Assembly (NCBI GenBank): GCA_905178155.1
Contig: CAJINV010000005.1
Coordinates: 7,184,989 to 7,248,988, forward strand
Direction: 5' to 3'
Source of the DNA: Amoebophrya sp. A120
Taxonomy: Eukaryota; Protista; Dinoflagellata
DNA length: 64,000 bases
Shown: positions 49,901-59,340 of the stretch, in pieces
Position numbering within the stretch: the stretch's first letter is position 1
Layout: every line of letters begins with the position of its first letter
Made by a program: the position numbers and the translations under genes
The notes under the pieces: model-generated
Told to the model about the DNA's origin: nothing
The model's input: the letters and a program-made list of their open reading frames with translations, nothing else
The model's database searches: none

Positions 49901-51173
49901 TTTGATTGCAGAGATTGATCTCATCCACATGGTACTTCCTATTGGCGCGGCTCTCTGGTAAGAACTCTATCACAGCATGTCATCTGACACACACCCCTTC
50001 TACATCAACGACCACAGGTGGACGCAGTCGCACGGCTACGGGCACGACAGACGGTATGGGAGTGTCAGGATCGAAAGTGTCAAAGTTGAAAGAATCTGTA
50101 ATGCAAAAAACCGATACCAGCTGGAGCCCAGTTTGCAAGCGGCGCATGACGAATTTTGGCAGCATGGAAATCCAATCTGTCGCGCTGTTTGAGCAGAGAC
50201 GATTGCTTTTGTCGTGCTATTTTAGCAGCTCTATGTATAATCTCACACCCCAAACAGGCTTGTAATCGGCCTCAGTTGCCTGCTCTGCAAGACAAGCGCT
50301 TTGCGTCTAGCATTTTATGCATCACAAACTAGTTCAACTTTGACGATTTCAATCCTGACACTCCCATAGACGGCGACCGGCGGGGAAATCCGGGCGGGGT
50401 CGGTGCGGGAGGAGCTCCACCGATGCGGCAGCAGAACGGTACCGGTGGTAGTCACCACAACGTCAACGTGGGAGGTGTAGCTCCTTCTCGAGGTGGCATG
50501 CTGAACAACCCCAATCCCATGGGAGCCTCCGCTCCAGGCGTGCCGAGCCGGTCGGGACCTTACGGAACCAACAGTATGGGGAAAGCCGCTGCGCTATGGA
50601 TTGCAAATATGTCTGGGTCTGGAAGAGTGGAACTTGTGATGCTACCTCTGGACTCTACATAAAATCTGTATTGCATGAACAGCAAAAGAGGTGTGTTTTG
50701 TACTACGCGGAGAGGACATTTCTAATGCGGCTTGAGCATCAGAGAGCACTCGCAAAATCTCTGATGCTAGGGCATGCATCACAGACCTCACGGGTCATGC
50801 AAAATCTGCATGACAAACTCCTGCATTCTTCCAGACCCAGACATTTTTGCAATGCATATGCGCCCGGTGTCGGTGGTGGCCCGCCGAGTCACGGAGGTGG
50901 ATCTTCCCTGTTTGCCGGTCCTAGTATGAAACTGCACAACTCCCCCTCGTCCCCCTCATTTGTCATGCAAAGTGCCTAGTTTACGCCTTGGCTCTTGGCA
51001 CTGTTTGCATGACAAGTTCTCGCAGCCCCAATAGCACTACACTCCTGTCTAAATTTGTCATGCAGGAAAACCTGTATTCTTGCTGACGCTTGTATTGCTG
51101 TTCATGCAATACAAGTGAGGGGGAGGGGGAGTTGTGCACTTTCATACCTAGCTCTTATCCCGCAGAAACATGA
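40952..51173 (+). CDS. KH-domain RNA-binding protein with G/P/Q/H-rich and RD/RE-rich low-complexity regions
   Basis: Removing 27 introners and GT-AG introns 44381-44572 and 49681-49975 gives one ORF; KH motif FEVPQKYLGLLIGRNGDAIRRY...TVHITGNDLANIISLKADM (GxxG loop); TGA 51171-51173; start uncertain. Confidence 0.85.
40996..41247. mobile_element. Introner family A
   Basis: TIR; DR cacga. Confidence 0.92.
41361..41505. mobile_element. Introner family B
   Basis: TIR; DR ggtag. Confidence 0.92.
41543..41809. mobile_element. Introner family A
   Basis: TIR; DR acagc. Confidence 0.9.
41880..42103. mobile_element. Introner family G
   Basis: TIR; DR tcatg. Confidence 0.9.
42136..42349. mobile_element. 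Introner family I
   Basis: TIR; DR gcatg. Confidence 0.9.
42402..42711. mobile_element. Introner family C
   Basis: TIR; DR tcggg. Confidence 0.92.
42758..42915. mobile_element. Introner family B
   Basis: TIR; DR tccac. Confidence 0.92.
43076..43224. mobile_element. Introner family B
   Basis: TIR; DR taact/tagct. Confidence 0.9.
43712..44295. mobile_element. Introner family A with nested insert
   Basis: DR ccctt; insert 43782-44092 flanked by catgactcctga. Confidence 0.9.
43782..44092. mobile_element. Secondary insertion inside an introner
   Basis: 12-bp duplication; end GGGACGCCCTGCCCTTAG shared with 52033-52050. Confidence 0.75.
44381..44572 (+). other. Canonical GT-AG intron
   Basis: G|GTAAGT...TACTTCAG|TG keeps frame. 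Confidence 0.75.
44717..44918. mobile_element. Introner family H
   Basis: TIR TATCCACAGTAA; DR acctc offset by 3 nt. Confidence 0.8.
45060..45314. mobile_element. Introner family A
   Basis: TIR; DR cgcga. Confidence 0.9.
45574..45733. mobile_element. Introner family B
   Basis: TIR; DR ggacc. Confidence 0.9.
45804..46113. mobile_element. Introner family C
   Basis: TIR; DR tcagc. Confidence 0.92.
46307..46568. mobile_element. Introner family A
   Basis: TIR; DR cgagg. Confidence 0.92.
46593..46847. mobile_element. Introner, singleton
   Basis: TIR TGCTCA.G.GTTACAATCTCAA.CGTTGCAA; DR aaccg. Confidence 0.9.
46935..47199. mobile_element. Introner family A
   Basis: DR cctgc; splits KH LGL|LIGRNG. 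Confidence 0.92.
47296..47555. mobile_element. Introner family A
   Basis: TIR; DR aaaat. Confidence 0.92.
47605..47765. mobile_element. Introner family B
   Basis: TIR; DR cctca. Confidence 0.88.
47827..48108. mobile_element. Introner family E
   Basis: TIR; DR acgac. Confidence 0.92.
48284..48547. mobile_element. Introner family A
   Basis: TIR; DR aacgc. Confidence 0.92.
48616..48936. mobile_element. Introner family C
   Basis: TIR; DR ctgaa/ttgaa. Confidence 0.92.
48998..49263. mobile_element. Introner family A
   Basis: TIR; DR agacc. Confidence 0.9.
49309..49457. mobile_element. Introner family B
   Basis: TIR; DR ggcag. Confidence 0.92.
49522..49636. mobile_element. Introner family H-like (shortest, 115 bp)
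   Basis: TIR; DR cttgg. Confidence 0.88.
49681..49975 (+). other. Canonical GT-AG intron
   Basis: A|GTAAAA...TCACAG|CA keeps frame to the downstream exons. Confidence 0.6.
50055..50368. mobile_element. Introner family F
   Basis: TIR; DR gacgg. Confidence 0.92.
50595..50858. mobile_element. Introner family A
   Basis: TIR; DR tgcgc. Confidence 0.92.
50925..51146. mobile_element. Introner family D
   Basis: TIR; DR cctag. Confidence 0.92.
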
Positions 51174-51977
51174 TCGAGCTGTTTCTTTGTTCCAACGGAG
51201 TGCCACATTTGACAAAGTTCTTATAGAATGTGGATATAAATCTAGAATTCAAATAAAATACGCGCAACCAACACACCGCTCTTTGCAGGTACTTTAGTAG
51301 ATTTCAGAGGCATGACATTAGTGAGGTTTCGTAGGTGTACAAGCTGGTGAAGATTTACTGCTGCACAGCACCACGACCGCATCTCTTTTGCATTCATGTG
51401 TCATTGGTATGAGTAAAAAAGAGGATAAACTACATCCGGTGCTGCTACTTTATTTAAAATTCTGAGGTAATTGCTAGCACTCCTGTACTAGTTGACAGGC
51501 AACATGAATGCGTTGGCGTTGCGTCTTGTACACCAAATGTGGGACGTTGGGTATATGTATCCAAGAAAAATGAATCGGCGTTGGTAGTTCACGACGAGCA
51601 GTATAAGTATTCGCATGCTACGTTAGTACTCTCTCTACTTTGTCACACTTTGCATTTCCGAGGAATAGGAAAACAAGTATTCACGTAGTCAACATAAAGA
51701 GCATTTGCTCAGAAGTCTGTGGTGCCTCACAGATACTACACGGGAAAAGAAAACTTTACCGGATAAAGTTGTACTGGCGGTCTACCGTCATCACAACCTC
51801 TTGGCAGCATGCTTTTCTAGCACTAAAATGCACTCATGCTTTTCTGCAACACAAGTATGACTTCTGCTTTATTTTTTTACGACCTACCAGCGCCCATTTT
51901 TTTCTTGGATAGCCTTTATTTTTTTCCATATGATACCCCAGCATCATCCACCGCAGTAGTATCCAAAAATCAACTGG

Positions 51978-52148
51978 TATCCACAGGAACATTCTCATCC
52001 CCTTCAGTAGTTTTTGCAATGACACACACACAGGGACGCCCTGCCCTTAGTTTACCAACATGACAAATGCAGGCTTTGCTTCTTGTGCCCGGTGTTTTGC
52101 ATGAAAAGAAATTGCAATTGGATGGGGATGAGGATTTTATTGTGGATA
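51978..52148. mobile_element. Family H-like element with a short nested insert
   Basis: TIR TATCCACA..CTCATCCCC; DR actgg/cctgg. Confidence 0.8.
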
Positions 52149-53735
52149 CCTGGGACCACTCGTGCAGCAGAACTAGTAGGGTTGCTCAAGAGCAGAGTCT
52201 ATGTCCATTCTGGAGGCACGTGCGATAAGTATGCTCTCGCATTGCAAGAACTTCTACATCGACCGTTTTTGAAGCTATTTAGAAAACTTCACTTTATATT
52301 TTGCGTTGCAGTGGGGCATGCATTTATAGGACTTTCCATATTAGCCTTCCGCTAAAAACGTCACCCGTTGGCCGAGGTCGTTCGCGCAGGCACACCGACG
52401 TCGTTCGCGCAGGCACAGCGACAACCCTATCGGGAACAGCGCCGCAAGAAAAACAGCCGGCGCAGCGTCAGCGTCGTCACCACCACCACCTCTTCCTCCT
52501 CCACCACTTCTTTTTCTTCGTCCAATCCGGCGACCGACGGTTGCGACACGGATGACGCACGGTTTGGTGCCCCCCGCGGCGTTGCGACTTGCTCACAACC
52601 GTCGGTCGCCGGATTGGAGGAAGAAAAAGAGGTGGCGGTGACCTCAGTGTCGTCACAACCAACGCCGATGCCGCCGTTGCAACCGTCGCCGGGGCGGGGG
52701 CGTTTCCGGATTGATTGGAGGAAAAGATGATGGCGGTGATGATGAACAGTACTAGTGATGGGCAATTGCTGGCGCTGTACTGGCTGTTTTCTTGCAGCGC
52801 CGCTCCCGACACGATTGTGACTGTGCCTGCGCGATCGACGTCGGCCAACGGGTGCCGTTTTGAGCGGAAAGGGAAAGCGAATATTATAGGAAGTCCCACA
52901 AATACATATCAAAGAACAAACTTCTTGCACTACATCAATCTAGAACTGCCTATGGCATTGCGCCAGTAACAAATTCGCCAAGGGCCGCCCTTTCAAGAAA
53001 TTATTGCATTTCAATTGCAACGCGCGAATGCAAGCCTTCTGAGCAGTATAGCTCGCGCAAGAATTAGTGTGGCTCTGCCCTTGAATACATGCGGAATCTC
53101 GTGCAAGAGCTCCTCTGCCGTCAGAGTGGGATCGATTGAGCTGTTGCAGCTTGTGCAGTTACGTAAAGCAACTTTTGGGGCACCGGACCTAAGGACCACC
53201 CGGCCGGGTGGTCCGTAAGTCCGGTGCGGACCTAAGGATTAGGTTTGTGACCCTCCTCTAAGTATGCTCTCGCTTTGCAAGAACTTCCACACCAACAGTT
53301 TGAGTTTGTAAGAAAATGAGTCCCAGTCTGAGCGTGCATAACGACCAACCGGCGCTGCACCAGGAGGTTATCCAATCTGAAATGAAAATCGTGTTGTAGA
53401 CGATATTTCTACATAGCAAGTGGCCTTTATCAATCATCGAAATGGAAATTGTGATGCATACACAAGAACACTCGATCACCGGTGAGCTGTCCCCTGATCT
53501 TGACCATTTTTCTAGTCCTACTGTTTTGGAAAAGGTTTTTTATAAAGATGGACCTGGCAACACCAACATCATGAAGATGCGAGAACAGGACGTGGAGATG
53601 AACGACAACTACCAGAAACAATGTGGTCGAAAAGAAGACGCAGTATCAAGATGGTAAGTAGGATGACTACACACACAGCTTCCTTATTTCAGTTTTATGA
53701 CGGTGCACAACTACTCCTTCTCCCCCCCCCATGTG
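52120..53735. repeat. Segmental duplication copy 1 (copy 2 at 61845-62387), with a 1-kb insert
   Basis: Colinear high similarity outside 52259-53258. Confidence 0.85.
52325..52895. repeat. Long imperfect foldback palindrome
   Basis: e.g. TCCAATCCGGCGACCGACGGTTG / CAACCGTCGGTCGCCGGATTGGA; CCCGTTGGCCGA / TCGGCCAACGGG. Confidence 0.8.
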
Positions 53736-54706
53736 GATTCGGATCAAGGCTGCAGGACTTAAAGTATGTAGATGTAACAAAAAGAAGATAAAGAGGATGG
53801 ACAAATATTAAGGTGGTTCTACTGACTCTGACAATGATGCATCAGGTGGCTATACTAAGTAGCTTCATGATCATCTGCACGGAGATCATGGACGCGGAGA
53901 TATTGAACAAGGTGCGCGCACTGAGATTTGTCGTCGTCGTTGTGCCGAGCTTTCTTGTCCTGCAAACAATGTCAATGCTACAAACTGAATAGCAAGCACT
54001 CTATTGCTTTTGCATCACAAATCAGTACTGAAAAATGAAGGGGACCACGAGGAGGGGGAGTAGTTGTGCAACGTGATAAGGCCGATAACCACGGATTTGC
54101 TTTTCCGCAACGACACCGAGGTACGAACAGTGAAAAGCCGCGAGTCCTCTCGAAGCAGCAGCTCGAGTAGTTTGATTTATTTGTCATGCCAAAATGCAAT
54201 AGAAATTGAAAGAGATTGACAACTGCAATTTTGCCTACACCGAGCACGCAAGTGAGGAAATTTTCCGTCGCTATCGCAATTGCTTGTAGTAGTTTTTGCA
54301 TGACACAACAAGGAGCAATAACTTCGAACACTCGCTTCATTTGGCCACAATTATACGGGAAGATATCCGATGCAAATTTTATGCCTGGTTGGTGAGAGAA
54401 CGTGTTGGCTCCTGCTCTGTGAATTATCATTCATCGATCTACTAGACTTATCCTTGTTGGCGTTCAAGATAGGAAGAATTTCGTGAACTAGAGTTCTAAG
54501 AAGTTCAAGTTGCTGCAAATTACACTATGGAACAATGACAACAAGAAAATATTGTCCATTCTACTCTACATCTACGAACGTACAACAACACTCGTCTCTG
54601 CGCCGACCACGTGTACAAATTTGCGATGCATAGCTCATGAAGATGTCGGAAACGCCATAGCGCGGCTGCTGAACACCAAGGAAAACGTATCACGCAGAAT
54701 CAACGA

Positions 54707-55014
54707 TATGGATGTGTCAGAATTGAAATCGACAAAGTTGAAATAATTTGTGATGCATAAAATCTATACCAGTTGGACCCACAGTTTCCAATCGGCGCAT
54801 GACAAATTTTCCTGGCCTCTGAAGCAAGTCTGTCATGCTGTTTAGGGCAAGGTGGCTGCTCCCTGTCATGCTAGTCAGCAGCCCAATTCTTGACCCTTGC
54901 CAGCACTAGAATCTGCCTCCCTTGCGCCTTCAGCAATAGAGTCAGTCTTTGTGTCGCATTTTATGCATGAAAAATCATTTCAACTTTGTCGATTTCAACT
55001 CTGACACCTCCATA
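54707..55014. mobile_element. Family F element
   Basis: TIR; DR aacga. Confidence 0.9.
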
Positions 55015-55378
55015 AACGACGCATAGCGGTTATAATTCTAGAACACCGCGGCCAGTGTTTTGGTTTTTGTCATGCAAGCTTGCTTCCCCTTCGACTTACA
55101 CAGATGAAACAGAAGTAGACTGACTAATGAGATTACAAGGTCTCAAAAGGACATTCTAAGGCGACAGCGCCGAACAGAATAAATCCATCAGACTTGTGTC
55201 TTGTACAACCTCAGCTGCATCGAAGATGTCGGCTGTGCATCGTTTGCGTTTGTCTTTTTCTTAATAATGCGTGTCCTGCTCTACTTGCAGGGGAAAATTG
55301 TCATGCAGTTTTTGTATCTTGGAACGTAAAACAGAAATCTACAACTTTGAAGCTATGTTATGAATGAATTTTCTGTGT

Positions 55379-55640
55379 TATCAAATGCAAAAATGTCTGG
55401 GTCTGGAAGGATGCGACTTGTGATGCTGAATTTGGATTCTACAAAAATCTGTATTGCATGAACAGCAAAAGAGGTCCTGTTTTTGCCACGGCGAGGGGGC
55501 ATTTCTCATGCGGTATAGGCATCAGGAAGCCCTCACAAAATCTGTGATGCTGGAGCATGCGTCACAGACTTCAGGAGTCATGCAAAGTGGCCATGACAAA
55601 CCTCGCATCCTTCCAGACCCAGACACTTTTACATTTGATA
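55379..55640. mobile_element. Family A element, apparently non-coding context
   Basis: TIR; DR tgtgt. Confidence 0.9.
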
Positions 55641-58600
55641 TGTGTGATACGAGAACAAGGAGCATCCAGACCAAGACTACGATGTGTTTATGCTACGTAA
55701 AAAAAGAATCACCGTATTAAAAATCTTTCGAATACAAATGTTCGGATGCAGTACAGATGTGCACAAGTGCATGACAAATTTTCGTATGGATGCATGTTTG
55801 GCATGACAAGATTCGTCACAGCGTACTACTAACTTCTTGTGGGTACTAGTACTCGAACAGATGCTGGTGACTCTTTTTTTACACCATGATAGTAGTAGAC
55901 GGCATGCCATTGGAGTATGGACTGCTCAGAGAAGTTGGGGCAATCTCAAGTTTTCCAAATTTTGCAGAACTTCTTGTAGGAACAAGAACGTTGCTCTCTT
56001 TGTTTTCCGCAAATCTTCGAGAAGTACGTGTCATAATACGCATATTGTCATGATGATGATTGTCATTTTTGCATTACAGCTTGCATCAGCTGTAGTTGTA
56101 CCTAGTTGCGCGTCGTGCTTGAGTCGTCCTAAATAAGGTGTCTAGTTGTATTTTTGTCTTTTGTGCAACTACACACAAGCCCTAGCCGGATAACGACTTG
56201 CATTAAACTTAAAGATGGTAACATAGTACTTAAATAAAACCGACCTGTTTTCCCTTGATTTGCATCGTTCACGATCAGTTTGAGATTGTCCCGAAAAGAA
56301 ATTGACCCGGTGATACAGAACCCGCCACGGGCTGCTAAGTCGGAGAGCGGAGAAGCAGTAGCAGTTCGAAGAACTACCACGACGTCGAATTTGATGTATT
56401 GATGCAGCAGCAACCAGACAAAGAAGTCAAAAACATTTTTTTCGTGTTAGCAATAACTAAGTACGTTCTGCGTGTTGTAGCTCCAACATGATGCGAGATG
56501 AACCTGCTCATCAAGAAGAACCAGAACGGGACTCTGCGCACAACGTAGTTGCAGTTGTATCTCCAACCGTCGATGAGCAGCGTGATGAACATGTTGGCCG
56601 CAGGAGCGTGCGCTGCTCGGTTGGGCGCCACGCAACGCGCGGTCCCCTTGCCGGGCAAGGCCAAGGGCGCTAGGCCCCGGCCTCTTCCACCCGGCCCTGT
56701 GCCGGGCGGGCGGAGCGTCTTTGCAGTGCTAATGAGGCGCGCCCTTGGCGGGGGCAAGCAGGCTGGTGCCTGTGTGGCGCCGGCCCCCAATTTTGTTATT
56801 GCGCCCCCCTCGCCGGTGCGGCTGTCCCACGGGCTACACACCGGTGGGCCAACCTGTCCTGGTGCCGAAGCGCCGCGCCGTTTTTTTTTCTTACGCCAAG
56901 CCCCCCCGGTGCCGATGTTGTTGCGCCGCTTAGCGACCTTCTCCCAAATGTGTTCGGCATTGGGCAGGGCGCGTCGGCTTGCGTCGTCTTGGTTGGTTCT
57001 GCGCAGTCGGCTTGGCGGTGCGCCCTTGGAGAGGCCCCTCCAAGCGGGCTGCGCGCGGCCTTGCCTGGTGTTGGACATGCGAGCCCCCCGCCCCGAAGGC
57101 GGGCGAAGGGCGGGCTGTTGTTTGTATGCCTGCGGCCGTGCCGCCCCACAGGCATGGCAAGCTCCGTCCCCGCGGGGGGCCCCGGCCCGGCTGTGCGGGG
57201 CCACGGCCCCCGGCGGTACGCGCGGCGGCTTCTCTTTCGGTGTGCCGGCCGAGGCGCAAAAACACCAAAGACAGAGCCGGGGAGAAACGCTGCGGCCGCC
57301 GGCCCAAAGGAGGTGGCCCCCGGCCGCCCGGCCCCAACAATGCGCAACCCCGCCGGGGCAGCAGAAATATTCGCGAGAAGGCCGCAGGCGGCGCAAGCAG
57401 CCGCGCTGCCTTTTTTCATTCGGAAGATAGAGGCGGGCGGGGGTAGCGCCGGAGCCGCAACATCTCGCGCCCGCGCCTGTAGCATTCCCAAGCCCACGCG
57501 GCCCGGGCGCATCGCAAAGCGGCTCGGCCCCCGGCCCCGCGCCACCTAGTGCGCCGCGAAGGCAGGGGGGCGGGAAGAAACATGGCGGGGGGCGCCCAGG
57601 AAACTCACAAAGGCAGGTGCGGAATTGGGAGCGAAAGGGTGCCCGGCCCGCGGAATCTCTTCGGCTGTGCGCCTCGAAGCGGCACCGCCGTCGGCCGGAG
57701 TGCTCGGCATCGCCTGGGCCCCGGGCGCCTTGCTTGGCCCGGCCGTTGATTCTCGGCGGGGCGTCGCGCGCCGGCGCCGCCCCGGGACAAGATGGCGCGC
57801 GAAACGGTGGGCCCGTGCTGCAGGCCGCGCAACTTCAGGAATGGGGGCGCAGCCTGCGGCAATTGCTGCGGCTTTTTAATCACCCCTGAGTTGTGTTTTC
57901 AGGGTGATGCCACGGCTGGCTTTTGGTCGCAAGCCAGGTAGCTGAAGCGCCGCGACTGCCTTCGAATGGTTCGGGCCCGGAGGTCTCGGATAGGTTCCAG
58001 AGTCCTCGGAGTTGCGGCATTTTTTGCCGCGGAGGGGCTGTGCTTTGGCGCGTCATTTTTGTGGGCTCCCGGCGCGGTCGAAAATCGGTTTTGTAAATCG
58101 CATTTTGAAAATGCTTTTTCAGTTTTTTGTTTCAAAAAATCGAAAAACGAAAATGCGCGTTTTGTATTTTGTTATAGCATATCGATGAGCAGCGTGATGA
58201 ACATGTAATGTTGGCCGCAGGAGCGTGATGAACATGTTGGCCCAAGAAAAAAGACCCCCAGAACACGACCAACCCATCAAATGCAACTAGATGAACCACT
58301 CTCCACGACCTGAAGCGATTTTATTCTGCATCAGCACATTTTTTTATTTTGTTAAAAATACTGTGTAGTTTGTTTAATTTTCCCTTCTTTCACACGCCTC
58401 GGAGTGCGACATCTTCGCTGTCGGAAGTAAGCTGCATCCTTTTGAAAAAAGAAAAAACTGGTGAGCGAAACGATAAAAAACAAAAACATTACGCGAGCTT
58501 TGCACGCGACACTGAAGTCTTTTCTTGAACAAAAAAACAGCTTTTATTTTCTTTGGCAGGCAACAGTTGTGCTTTATTTTGCAGACTACAGTCAAATAAT

Positions 58601-59340
58601 TTCATCTTCTTCTTCTCCATCGTCGCATCCTCTTCCAGTCCGTCGGTCGTCCTTGCTTTTTTAAATCCCCTCTGCACTTTGGCGTTAGGTTTTGTACATT
58701 CACGTTCACGCTCAGAATCCGGAAGAATAATTCCAATTTCAGTTTACGGGTGGGTGGAAGAAATTCATGGAGGCGATGGTGTAGGGTCGTCGGCTGTACT
58801 GCAGAATCGGGTCGGGTTGGAAATCGGTACAATGATGCATGTCGGAAGAGTTGCGTTATCGGTTCGTAAAAAACAAATCTTCCTTTATTTCCCCCGCGTA
58901 CTCTCGATCCGGTTCGTCGAAACAAAACTTCAACTTCCACACTTACATCTTCGTTTTCGTTTGCATCGTGTTCTCGCCATCGTGTACTTCAGATATGTCG
59001 TCAGTGCTTGCCGTACCATCGCACTTTAAATGTTTACCTGGATCGCGTTTTAACTGGGATATAACTAGAACTAGCTCGAGGACTAGTCGCAAACGATGAA
59101 AGAACTGCAAGAACAGTTTTCATCGCCCGCGGAAGGGTTTCGAAGACGAAAATTGTGTCGCGCGGCTGGTTAGGCTTTCGCGCTGGTTAGGTTTTCGCGC
59201 ACGCATTTGGTTACCAATATCGCCCTCCGGGCGCGACCTTCATATCTCCAACCGTCGACGAGCAGCGTGATGAACATGTTGGCCGCAGGAGCAGCAATTC
59301 CTGCACCGTTGGCCGCATGCAAATGAGTATTGACTCATTG

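Noticed and set aside
40996-51146. Repeat-spacer pattern resembling a CRISPR array
   Set aside because: Repeats are 115-320 bp TIR elements and the spacers are in-frame exons; eukaryotic context, no cas genes.
53442-55026. Possible gene spanning degenerate family D and F elements
   Set aside because: Stops and indels relative to the paralog at 62120-62320; could not thread an ORF.
56374-57889. Overlapping 130-340 aa ORFs in the GC-rich island
   Set aside because: Expected from high GC; A/R/P/G-rich with no recognisable domain.
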